Part shown: one piece after another, positions 1-9,311 of the stretch
Layout: each line of letters begins with the position of its first letter
Position numbering within the stretch: the stretch's first letter is position 1
Origin: Dehalococcoidia bacterium
Lineage (GTDB): Bacteria > Chloroflexota > Dehalococcoidia > UBA2979
Assembly (NCBI GenBank): GCA_965262725.1
Contig: OZ253555.1
Location: 544,001-608,000 of the forward strand
DNA length: 64,000 nucleotides
Reading direction: 5' to 3'
The notes under the pieces: model-generated
Database searches by the model: none
What the model saw: only the letters and a program-made list of their open reading frames with translations
What the model was told of the DNA's origin: nothing
Position numbers and translations under genes: made by a program

Positions 1-202
1 TGAGGTTGTCGCCGCCTCGGCGGGGGAACTGTACAACTCCTGAGCCGGTCGGGGCCCGGTCGTCGGCGACGCGACGATGCCGGGGGCGATGACGCCCGGC
101 TGCGTTCCGGCCCGGCGCCCATCACCCGGCGGACTTGATGCGACGGGGTCGCACGTCCAGCGGGTGGTGTGTGCCCTCGGCGGCGCGCTCCGCCGACCGC
201 GG

Positions 203-739
203 TCAATCCCGCGGCCAGCGCTCCCCGTCGACCTCGAGGTACGTGATGCGTGCAACGCCGTCCCGCGAGACCGCGATATGGACGTCCGGCGGGAGGGGCA
301 GCACCCCCGTGCCCCGGGGCACGAAGTACTCGCCCAGGTCGGGATACTCGACGCGGAGCGGTGACTCGAGCACGACACGCGCGCGAACAGCGACTCGCCC
401 GTGCTCCCACTCGTCCCGGCTGAGGTTCCGGGTGCCGAGCGCGGTCGGCTCCCAGTAGCGGCCCCGATCCTCGAACGTCACGTAGAGCTGATCGCCCTCT
501 GCGGCGGCTCGGGCGCCCGGCAGGCCATCCACGTCCTCGGCCTGGTAGCGGAGGATCACGTAGTCGCCGCGGAGCGGATCCCGCGGGTCGACCGGCAGGG
601 ACTCGAGCACGATCTCGACGCCCGTCTGTCGCCTCTCCTCGACGAAGATGACCCCGAGCAGCAGCGCCAGCTGGAGCCCCACGATCAGCCCGAACAGTGC
701 GAGCCGGTGCCGCCCGATCAGCGCGCGCATCTCAGCCAC
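203..739 (-). CDS. GDYXXLXY domain membrane-anchored protein
   Basis: N-terminal TM helix followed by PVDPRDPLRGDYVILRY motif; start overlaps the stop of the upstream DUF2157 gene (start could be 730). Confidence 0.8.
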   Translation of the reverse strand: MAEMRALIGRHRLALFGLIVGLQLALLLGVIFVEERRQTGVEIVLESLPVDPRDPLRGDYVILRYQAEDVDGLPGARAAAEGDQLYVTFEDRGRYWEPTALGTRNLSRDEWEHGRVAVRARVVLESPLRVEYPDLGEYFVPRGTGVLPLPPDVHIAVSRDGVARITYLEVDGERWPRD

Positions 740-1964
740 CCACCCCAGCGCCGCCTGCCGCGGCATCCATGCGCCGGCTCAGCCGGCGCCGGCCCAGCTC
801 GATCAGGGAGGCAAGCACCAGGAAGAGCGCCCCGGCGCCGGCGAAGAGCGCGCCGGTCTGGGCGTAGTCGCTGAAGAGATCGAAGTACCTCGACAGGATG
901 AACAGGCCGAGGAAGACGAGCGCGGCGTTGACCCAGGACTCCCGCCGCAGCGCGAGTCCGAGCCAGGTGATCGAACCGGCCAGCAGGCATGCCCCCAGCC
1001 AGTAGCCGAGGGTGGTGAGGATGAGCGCCTCTTCCGCGTCGCCACGGGGGTTGAGCGCCGCCGCGAGCGTCCAGGCCAGGAGGAGCAGCAGCGTCAGCTG
1101 ACCCAGCAGCAGCGGCGGGCGCAGCCGGTCACCGACCGGGGGCCAGCCGAGCCGCGCCTCGGCCCGCGCGCCGGTCGCGAGCAGCGCCGGGAGCACGAGC
1201 ACGAGCGGTGCGAGCAGGAGCACGGCGGCGGGGACGAGGGGGACGGTGCTCTCGATATCGAAGTGGCGGTAGAAGCCGAGCAGATAGACGGTGCCGGCGA
1301 TCAGGATCCCGCCGACCAGTTCGGCGGGAGGCGAGAGCGACGCGTACGCGCCGCGCCTCTGGAGCGCGGCGAGGGCGACCAGCCACGCGCCGGCGCCGAG
1401 CAGCAGCAGCAGGACCGTCTCGGCCGGGGCTTCGAGCGGGGAGCCGCCCCGCTGGCTCTCTGCGGTGAGCCACAGCACGAACAGCACGGCCGCGACGAAG
1501 GCGTGGCTGCGCGAGGAGAAGAGGCAGGCGAACGCAAGCGCCGAGCAGAGCACCGGGAGGAGCAGCGGCGCTGGATTCAAGGCGATGTGGTACTGCTGGC
1601 TGATGAGCGCGAGGTTGCCGAGGAGGACGCCGGTGCCGAGGAGCAGCAGTGCCTCCCCGGTGCGCACCAGCCCGAGCGGTCCGTTGCGTACCCAGTAGCC
1701 GCCGCCCTGGCAGGCCAGGAGCAGCGCGATCCCCGTGGCCAGCTTCGGCGTTCTCCCGATCTGGTCCCAGTTCTGCGAGATCACGAGCACGACCCCGAGG
1801 GTGACGAGTCCGGCCCCGAGCACCGCGAGGATCGCGACGAGGCGATGACCGCGGCCGTCCGCCGCCGCTTCGAAGTCGAGGATCTGCCGCCTCTGGTCGG
1901 CCGAGAGAATCCCGGCGTCCACCCACCCTGCCGCCCGACGTTCGAGCCCCCCGCTGTGCGGCAT
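732..1964 (-). CDS. DUF2157-type polytopic membrane protein
   Basis: W..AGILS..Q N-terminus, ISQNW and LISQQYHI motifs, many TM helices; usual partner of GDYXXLXY proteins. Confidence 0.8.
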   Translation of the reverse strand: MPHSGGLERRAAGWVDAGILSADQRRQILDFEAAADGRGHRLVAILAVLGAGLVTLGVVLVISQNWDQIGRTPKLATGIALLLACQGGGYWVRNGPLGLVRTGEALLLLGTGVLLGNLALISQQYHIALNPAPLLLPVLCSALAFACLFSSRSHAFVAAVLFVLWLTAESQRGGSPLEAPAETVLLLLLGAGAWLVALAALQRRGAYASLSPPAELVGGILIAGTVYLLGFYRHFDIESTVPLVPAAVLLLAPLVLVLPALLATGARAEARLGWPPVGDRLRPPLLLGQLTLLLLLAWTLAAALNPRGDAEEALILTTLGYWLGACLLAGSITWLGLALRRESWVNAALVFLGLFILSRYFDLFSDYAQTGALFAGAGALFLVLASLIELGRRRLSRRMDAAAGGAGVGG

Positions 1965-2455
1965 GTCGCATCTCCCCGCGCCCGGACGGCGGCGCGCCGC
2001 GTGGTGACAGCGCCCTCACTATGCACGCCGCGCTCTCGCCGCGCCGCCCGGTGAAGGCCCACGCCTGAACACCGGCGCCGCACAGCAGCGGGGCGGGCCG
2101 CGGTGCGGCTGGAGGGCGTGCCTGAGCCCGGACCGGCCCGGCTCGGCCCGGGCCCGGATGTCGACCGCCACTGTGTCCCCACCGGATCTCGTGGTACGGT
2201 TCCCCTACGCGCCGCCGGTCTGATTCGCGCGGCGTGCCCCTCAGAACACACTCTCCCGCCACGGCCGCGTCAGGCTCGTGAGCCCGGTAGAGCGCCGCGA
2301 ATGCTGGCGGGCCCGACCCGTCGGAGCGGTGGACTCTGAGCGGTTCACGAGCAGGAAGCCTGCAGGCTGGCGTGCTTCCTGCCGATACCCGCCCATCGAG
2401 GCGGTGACCATATTCGCGCTCGCGATCGCCGGCCACAGAACGGAAGCCCGTGTAT

Positions 2456-3844
2456 ATGACTACCTCCACCCCGACCATCCCCCGCGTGCCCCCGCCGGGT
2501 CCCTCACTTTCCGAGCACCCCGACGGGGTGTCCGCGTTCCGGGCGCTCGGGATTCCCGCCGAGCTCGACGCGGTGCTCAAGCGGCAGGGCATCACCGAGC
2601 CCTTCCCGATCCAGTCGCTCGCGATTGCCGACGCGCTCGCGGGCCGCGACGTCTCGGGCAGGGCCGAGACCGGCTCCGGCAAGACGCTGGCGTTCGGCCT
2701 GCCGCTGGTCGTTCGCACGCGGCGCGCGAGGCCCCGGAGGCCGCACGCGCTGGTGCTGGTGCCGACGCGCGAGCTCGCCAACCAGGTCGCGGATGAACTC
2801 ACACCGTTCGCCGCCCAGCGCGGCCTGTGGCTGACTTCGATCTACGGCGGCGTCTCGATGCTGCGGCAGGTGAAAGCCCTGCGCTCCGGCGTCGATATCG
2901 TGATCGCGACTCCCGGCCGCCTCAACGACCTGCTCGAACAGCGCGAGCTGTCGGTCGCCGATGTCGGGTTCGTGGTGATCGATGAGGCCGACCAGATGGC
3001 CGACATGGGGTTCCTCCCCCAGGTCGAGCGCATCCTGGAGCAGGTCGAGGAGAAGCCGCAGACGCTGCTCTTCTCCGCGACCCTCGACGGCGCGGTGGGC
3101 GAACTCGTCCGCCGCTACCAGCAGGATCCCGTCTATCACGAGGTCCCGCAGACCGCCGGGTATATCGACGCCCTGGAGCAGCGCTTCGTCGGCGTGCGCC
3201 ACGAGGATCGCCTGGGCGTCACGGCATCGATCTGCGCCGGCGCGGCGCGGGCGCTCGTGTTTGTGAGCACGACCAGGGGAGCCGACCGACTCGTGAAGCA
3301 GCTGCAGGACGAGGGCCTCGGGGCCGTCGCCATCCACGGCCGCATCTCGCAGAACAAGCGGGAGCGGGCGCTGGCTGCCTTCAGCAGGGGCACGACGCCG
3401 GTGCTGGTTGCCACGAACGTGGCGGCCCGCGGGATCCACGTCGACTCAGTCGACGTGGTCGTGCACTACGACCTGCCCGAGGACGCGAAGGTCTACGAGC
3501 ATCGTTCCGGCAGGACCGCCCGCGCCGGCGACCGCGGGCTCGTCGTGACGCTGGCCCTTCCCGAGAACGACCGGGACATCACGCGCCTCATCCAGGAGCT
3601 GGGGGCCGACCAGGATGTCGTGGCGATGCGCCCCGACGACCCGCGCCTGGCGGATCTCGCAGCCTGGGAACCGCCGGCGGCGACCGTCGGGCGCGTCTCC
3701 GGAGCGTATGATATGAGGCCGCGACGCGGCCCCGTGGCGCAACGAGGCGGCCGCGGACGAAGCGCCGGCCCGCGACCGTACGCGGTCGCCGGCCGCAGCC
3801 GGCCGCCTCAGCGGCGCCGCCTCGCTCGCCCGAGAGGGGCCTGA
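2456..3844 (+). CDS. DEAD-box RNA helicase
   Basis: Q motif PFPIQ, AETGSGKT, PTRELA, DEAD, SAT, HRSGRTAR; Arg-rich tail. Confidence 0.95.
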   Translation: MTTSTPTIPRVPPPGPSLSEHPDGVSAFRALGIPAELDAVLKRQGITEPFPIQSLAIADALAGRDVSGRAETGSGKTLAFGLPLVVRTRRARPRRPHALVLVPTRELANQVADELTPFAAQRGLWLTSIYGGVSMLRQVKALRSGVDIVIATPGRLNDLLEQRELSVADVGFVVIDEADQMADMGFLPQVERILEQVEEKPQTLLFSATLDGAVGELVRRYQQDPVYHEVPQTAGYIDALEQRFVGVRHEDRLGVTASICAGAARALVFVSTTRGADRLVKQLQDEGLGAVAIHGRISQNKRERALAAFSRGTTPVLVATNVAARGIHVDSVDVVVHYDLPEDAKVYEHRSGRTARAGDRGLVVTLALPENDRDITRLIQELGADQDVVAMRPDDPRLADLAAWEPPAATVGRVSGAYDMRPRRGPVAQRGGRGRSAGPRPYAVAGRSRPPQRRRLARPRGA

Positions 3845-3894
3845 GGCCGCCACCCGGCGCGGGGGCGCGACCGTCCGCGACGAGGGGACGCGTA

Positions 3895-4122
3895 ATGGCT
3901 CGACGACCCAGGTATTCGTTTGAACGCTCCCAGCGGGATCGCGCGAAGGTCGCGAAGCGCGAGGCGAAGCGAGCCGCACGCGAGGCCCGCAGGGGCGGCG
4001 TCGGGACGGATGATGCTGAGGCGGGCGGCGAGCCTTCGGAATCGCCGGCGCCGGACGGGATCCCCACACCGGGGCCTGCCGCGAGCGGGCCCCCGGAGGG
4101 CGCCGACCGGCTCTCGGACTGA
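3895..4122 (+). CDS. small basic hypothetical protein
   Basis: ATG after GAGGGG RBS; YSFERSQRDRAK..KREAKR N-terminus resembles a recurrent small-protein type. Confidence 0.6.
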   Translation: MARRPRYSFERSQRDRAKVAKREAKRAAREARRGGVGTDDAEAGGEPSESPAPDGIPTPGPAASGPPEGADRLSD

Positions 4123-4337
4123 GGCCGCCCCCGTTGGTGGACCGTTCCGTCGGGCGTCGGGCTTCGGCCGCGCCCTCGCCCGCCCGGCCTACTGGCTGAT
4201 CAGCGGCTGCCCGTGGTCGCCGCCTGCCGGATTTCGCCTCGCCTGCCGGCGCTCGGACTCACATGCCCGCGCGAGAAGGTTGAAGGAGCGTCCGCCCGGG
4301 TGTGCTGTGGCGCTCCGCGGGGCGCTCTAGCTACTGC

Positions 4338-4383
4338 CTAGTGTCCTGAATTGGAAATGCGATTGAGATATCCGGTGAGGTTG
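4338..4383 (-). pseudogene. detached C-terminal fragment of the IS630 transposase
   Basis: Joining 8182.. to ..4383 on the minus strand reads FIWHKSADQILDNLTGYLNRISNSGH*, a typical IS630 C-terminus with the stop at the element end. Confidence 0.9.
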
Positions 4384-4955
4384 GTGTGTCCCGAAGTCGA
4401 AGGGCGGGTGACGTGATGACGTAACCGGTCTGGAGACATGCTCGTCGTTGCCAGCCGGTGCGAGTCCGGCACGGGTAACTGTCAGGAGGCCCGTTAGCAG
4501 GTCGGCGGCGCGGACGGGAAACGGTCCACGTCGAAGCCCGACGTCAAGAGCCCTATCAGGGGGAGCAACCAAGCGGTCCGCAGCATCAAGCGAAGCCTGC
4601 CGCGTCGTTAACGGATAGTGGAGGAGCCGAGCCCGGCAATTCAGGGCGAAGGCCATGGACGAGGTGAAGATCCTGAATGCGCGTTGCGCTGCAGCCTCAA
4701 GGAACCTCCCGGCGTAAGGGGCGTGGAACGTTTGGAAGGTAGCGACGGGAACGGGAGAAGCCCTCCCCGGCCCGGCACCCTGCGAGATGGTGTCGGAGCG
4801 AGGTGCCCTATAACCGGTCAAAGCCGGGAAGTGGGCAGCTAGCCGGAAGGGTGACGGAGGGGGTCGTAGTACCGCTTGAGCCGGACGGACAACACAACCG
4901 CCGGTGATGGGAAGGACCCCTGCTTTGCTCACGCGTGGGGAGTAGGGATGAATCG

Positions 4956-5499
4956 GTGAGTGCCCAAGCGGCTAACTCCATCCAAGACAAGGTCCGAACA
5001 CTACAACGCACGCTTTACCGGGCGGCCAAGGCCGACCCCAATAGACGCTTTCATGCGCTCTACGACAAGGTTTATCGCAGAGACATTCTGGAGCGCGCGT
5101 GGGAGCAGGTGCGTCGCAATCGCGGCGCAGCCGGTATCGACGGCGTCACGCTCGCCGAGGTCGAGCGCTACGGCGTGGAGCGCCTGCTGGATGAACTGGC
5201 CACGGAACTGAAGGAGGGAAGCTACCGGGTGCAGCCGAGCCGCCGGGTCTGGATACCCAAGCCCGGTCGGTCGGAAGAGCGCCCGCTCTCGATTCCTTCG
5301 GTCCGCGACCGCATCGTGCAGGCGTCGCTGAAGCTCGTGACGGAGCCGGTCTTCGAGGCCGACTTCCTGCCATGCAGCTTCGGCTTCCGCCCGAAGCGTT
5401 CGGCCCATGACGCCCTGCAGGTCCTCATTGACGAGGCGTGGCGGGGCAGGCGGTGGGTAGTGGAGACGGACATCGCCTCGTGTTTCGAGTCGATACCGC
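4956..5499 (+). CDS. ltrA: group II intron reverse transcriptase/maturase, exon 1 (RT0-RT3)
   Basis: NRGAAGIDG, IPKPG..RPLSIPSVRDRIVQ, SFGFRPKRSAHDA, WVVETDIASCFESIP; likely GTG start at 4956 (alternative 4935). Confidence 0.92.
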
Positions 5500-6361
5500 G
5501 TGCGTCCGGAAGTCGAAGGGGTGGTGACGTGATGACGTGACCGGTCCGGAGACATGCTCGTTGCTGCCAGCCGGTGAGAGTCCGGCACGGGTAACTGTCA
5601 GGAGGCCCGTTAGCAGGTCGGCGGCGTGGACGGGAAACGGTCTGCGTCGAAGCCCGACGTCAAGAGCCCTATGAGGGGGAGCAAACGTGCGGTCCGCAGC
5701 ATGACGCGAAGTCTGCCGCGCCGTGAGACTCGCCTGTCTATTGACAGGACCAAGGAGGAGCCGAGCCCGGGTGGTCAGGGCGAAGGCCATGGACGAGGTG
5801 AAGATCCTGGAATGCAGCCTCAAGAAACCTCCCGGCGTATGGGACGTGGAACGTACGGAAGGTAGCGACGGGAACCGGAGAAGCCCTCCCCGGCCCGGCA
5901 CCCTGTGAGAGGGCGTCGGAGCGAGGCGTCCTATAACCGGTCAGAGCCGGGAAGTGGACAGCCAGCCGGAAGGGTGGCGGAGGGGGTCGTAGTACCGCTG
6001 GAGCCGGACGGACAACATAACCGCCGGTGATGGGAAGGACCCCTACTTTGTCCGTGCATGTTGCTGGGGGTGTGGACTGGTGAGTGCCCCTCGGGGCTAG
6101 CAACCACTTGGTAGGGTTCGAGGCTCTCCGCACATGCTGTACCGGCTGGCCAAGGCACGACCCACGTTGTGGGGAGCGCTGCATGCCATCTGGTGAAGGG
6201 CATCGGTGAGCCGGATGAGGGAGAACCTCACGTCCGGTTCGATGTGGCAGGGGCTGGAGACGGACGCTGCTATGGCCGTGGAGTTGGGCACCACCGGGAA
6301 ACCGGCTTGGAACTGATGCGCCACCGCCTACGGCTCGCACCGCGCCAGCCCCTGACCCTAC
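5500..6361 (+). ncRNA. ORF-less group II intron, copy 1 (862 nt)
   Basis: GUGCG start; domains I-III closely homologous to the outer intron; domain V at 6208-6240; bulged A6355; ends CCCUAC. Confidence 0.92.
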
Positions 6362-7223
6362 GTGCGTCCGGAAGTCGAAGGGGTGGTGACGTGATGACGT
6401 GACCGGTCCGGAGACATGCTCGTTGCTGCCAGCCGGTGAGAGTCCGGCACGGGTAACTGTCAGGAGGCCCGTTAGCAGGTCGGCGGCGTGGACGGGAAAC
6501 GGTCTGCGTCGAAGCCCGACGTCAAGAGCCCTATGAGGGGGAGCAAACGTGCGGTCCGCAGCATGACGCGAAGTCTGCCGCGCCGTGAGACTCGCCTGTC
6601 TATTGACAGGACCAAGGAGGAGCCGAGCCCGGGTGGTCAGGGCGAAGGCCATGGACGAGGTGAAGATCCTGGAATGCAGCCTCAAGAAACCTCCCGGCGT
6701 ATGGGACGTGGAACGTACGGAAGGTAGCGACGGGAACCGGAGAAGCCCTCCCCGGCCCGGCACCCTGTGAGAGGGCGTCGGAGCGAGGCGTCCTATAACC
6801 GGTCAGAGCCGGGAAGTGGACAGCCAGCCGGAAGGGTGGCGGAGGGGGTCGTAGTACCGCTGGAGCCGGACGGACAACATAACCGCCGGTGATGGGAAGG
6901 ACCCCTACTTTGTCCGTGCATGTTGCTGGGGGTGTGGACTGGTGAGTGCCCCTCGGGGCTAGCAACCACTTGGTAGGGTTCGAGGCTCTCCGCACATGCT
7001 GTACCGGCTGGCCAAGGCACGACCCACGTTGTGGGGAGCGCTGCATGCCATCTGGTGAAGGGCATCGGTGAGCCGGATGAGGGAGAACCTCACGTCCGGT
7101 TCGATGTGGCAGGGGCTGGAGACGGACGCTGCTATGGCCGTGGAGTTGGGCACCACCGGGAAACCGGCTTGGAACTGATGCGCCACCGCCTACGGCTCGC
7201 ACCGCGCCAGCCCCTGACCCTAC
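6362..7223 (+). ncRNA. ORF-less group II intron, copy 2 (862 nt, tandem copy)
   Basis: No difference from copy 1 seen by eye, and the ORF track repeats at +862; domain V at 7070-7102; bulged A7217; followed directly by RT exon 2. Confidence 0.9.
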
Positions 7224-8017
7224 ACGACCGTCTGATGACGGCCGTCGAGGAACGGATATGCGACCGCAATCTCCTGAAGCTGGTACGGGCGATGCTGCGT
7301 GCCGGTGTGATGGAGTCGGGGGTCGTGCAGCACAGCGCGACGGGTACGCCGCAGGGCGGGGTGATGTCCCCGCTGCTGGCCAATGTCTACCTGCACCGGT
7401 TGGACCGGGACTGGGAGGCGAAGGGTGATGGCGTGCTGGTGCGCTATGCGGATGACCTCGTGGTGCTCTGCCGGAGCCGGGAGGAAGCGGAGCGGGCGTT
7501 GGCCCTGCTGCGTGACCTGCTGGGTGAGCTCGGACTGGAGCTCAAGGCGGAGAAGACGCGCATCGTGCACCTGCGGGAGGGAGGCGAGGGGCTGGAGTTC
7601 CTCGGCTTCGAGCATCGCTGGGTACGTGCGAAGCGCAACAAGAATATCCAGTTCCTCGCACGCTGGCCCTCACGGCGAGCGATGCAGCGGGCGCGGGACC
7701 GCATCCGTGAAATCACGGCGCGGTTGCGTCTGCTGCTGAGTCCCCGGCAGGTCGTGGAGGAAGTCAATCGCTACCTCCGCGGCTGGATGAGCTACTTCCG
7801 CTACGGCAACTCGGCGAGGGCGTTCGACGTCCTGCACTGGTTTGCCATGTGGAGACTCAAACTCTGGCTGGGGAAGCGGTTGCGTTGGCGGCGACGCCAT
7901 CGCGGGCACCCGTTTCCCGTCGCCGACCGTCTGGGGCTCATCTCGCTAGCTGGACAGCGCGTCGTGGCACCACGGCCATATCGACCGTGGCGGGGCACCC
8001 CGCATGCCGCCCGGTGA
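7224..8017 (+). CDS. ltrA: group II intron reverse transcriptase/maturase, exon 2 (RT4-RT7, thumb/X)
   Basis: GTPQGGVMSPLLANVYL, RYADD, EFLGF, NRYLRGWMSYF; join(4956..5499,7224..8017) = 1338 nt, 445 aa, junction ccg c|ac gac = P-H-D. Confidence 0.92.
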
Positions 8018-8177
8018 AGGGCATCGGTGAGCCGGATGAGGGAAAACCTCACGTCCGGTTCGAGGCGGCAGGGGCTGGAGACGGACGATGCTACGGCTGT
8101 GGAGATGGGCGCCACCGGGAAACCGGCCTGGCAATATGCGCCACCGCCTACGGCTCGCACCGCGCCAGCCCCTGACC

Positions 8178-9230
8178 CTACTCAAGGATCTGGTCCGCGG
8201 ACTTGTGCCAGATGAAGGGCCTCGGATTCTCGTTCCAGCTGGCGACCCACATCTCCACTGAGCGGATCAGATCAGGGACGCTATGGTGCGTGCCGCGCCG
8301 GAGCCACTTGCTGGTGAGCTCTGCAAACCAGCGCTCCACGAGGTTCATCCAGGAGCTGTAGGTCGGCGTGAAATGGAAGGTGAAGCGGGGATGGCGCTGG
8401 AGCCAGCGCTGGATGGCGGGCGTGCGGTGCGTGGAGACGTTGTCGAGCACGACATGCACCGCCAGCTCATGGGGAACGCTTTGGTCGATGAGGGCGAGGA
8501 ACTGCTGGAACTCCCGAGCCCGGTGCCGGGGGGTCATCTCCGTGATCACGCATCCCGAGGCGACATCGAGCGCCGCGTAGAGGTTCGTCGTGCCGTGACG
8601 GATGTAGTCGTGCGTCTGGCGGGCGGGGACGCCGGGCATCATCGGCACCGTCGGCGCGGTGCGGTCGAGTGCCTGGATCTGGGTCTTCTCGTCCACGCAC
8701 AGCACAACCGCCGCGTCGGGCGGGTTGAGATAGAGCCCGGCCACGTCGCGCACCTTGTCGATGAACTGCGGGTCGGGCGACAGCTTGAAGCTCTCCACGA
8801 GGTGCGGCTTCAGGCCGAAGGCGCGCCAGATCCTGAAGATCGCCGACTGCGACATCCCGACCGCGGCTGCCATCGATCGGGTCGACCAGTGCGTCGCGTT
8901 GGGAGGCTGCTCCTCCAGCGTCGTGACGATCACCGCTTCCACCTGTGCATCGGCGATCGTGCGCGGCGCCCCGGGGCGCGGCTCATCCTGTAGCCCATCG
9001 AGCCGCCCCTGCGCAAAGCGCCGGCGCCACTTGCCGACGGTGACCGGATGGCAATCGAGCGCCGCGGCGATCGCTTTATTCGATGTCCCCTCGGCCGCTG
9101 CCAGGACGATGCGACAGCGCAGCGCCAGCGCCTGGGCCGATGTCGGCCGGCGCGCCCACCGCTCCAGCGTCTCACGCTCCTCGTCGCTCAGGACGATCGC
9201 GACCGTCGGCCGTCCGATTCGGGTGCTCAT
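8178..9230 (-). CDS. IS630 transposase, truncated by group II intron insertion
   Basis: HTH region (RPGAPR, HWSTRSMA) and DDE residues in VDEKT, LDNVSTH and NLVERWF; now ends QILE* at a stop supplied by the intron end. Confidence 0.92.
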   Translation of the reverse strand: MSTRIGRPTVAIVLSDEERETLERWARRPTSAQALALRCRIVLAAAEGTSNKAIAAALDCHPVTVGKWRRRFAQGRLDGLQDEPRPGAPRTIADAQVEAVIVTTLEEQPPNATHWSTRSMAAAVGMSQSAIFRIWRAFGLKPHLVESFKLSPDPQFIDKVRDVAGLYLNPPDAAVVLCVDEKTQIQALDRTAPTVPMMPGVPARQTHDYIRHGTTNLYAALDVASGCVITEMTPRHRAREFQQFLALIDQSVPHELAVHVVLDNVSTHRTPAIQRWLQRHPRFTFHFTPTYSSWMNLVERWFAELTSKWLRRGTHHSVPDLIRSVEMWVASWNENPRPFIWHKSADQILE

Positions 9231-9311
9231 GACACTCCAGAGTCTGCCCCATGGGGCAAAACCCCGCTGTGCCACCATACCCGTTATCTGTCGCTATTAC
9301 GAATCAGGACA

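Larger units (their letters stand above)
4384..8181 (+). mobile_element. outer group II intron (IIB-like, RT-encoding, no obvious endonuclease domain); 2074 bp without the inner introns
   Basis: 5' GUGUG at 4384; domain V gagccggatgagggaaaacctcacgtccggttc at 8029-8061; long domain VI with bulged A8175; ends CCCUAC at 8181; removal restores the transposase frame. Confidence 0.93.

Noticed and set aside
5741-5746. TTGACA inside the inner intron
   Set aside because: It is part of the hairpin cctgtc-tatt-gacagg and has no -10 element at the proper spacing
5425-7202. Duplicated ORFs in the track (79, 61, 90, 75 aa; 341 and 200 aa on the minus strand)
   Set aside because: They are shadows of the duplicated intron RNA and have no protein-family features
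7031-7223. Apparent N-terminus of the 328-aa ORF (MGSAACHL...)
   Set aside because: It is intron domain V/VI sequence that happens to be in frame with RT exon 2
4384-8181. Retron, DGR or CRISPR-associated RT interpretation of an RT with repeats
   Set aside because: The repeats have GUGYG starts, domains V/VI and AC ends, and the RT has group II RT0 and X domains; there is no TR/VR pair, msr-msd or cas gene
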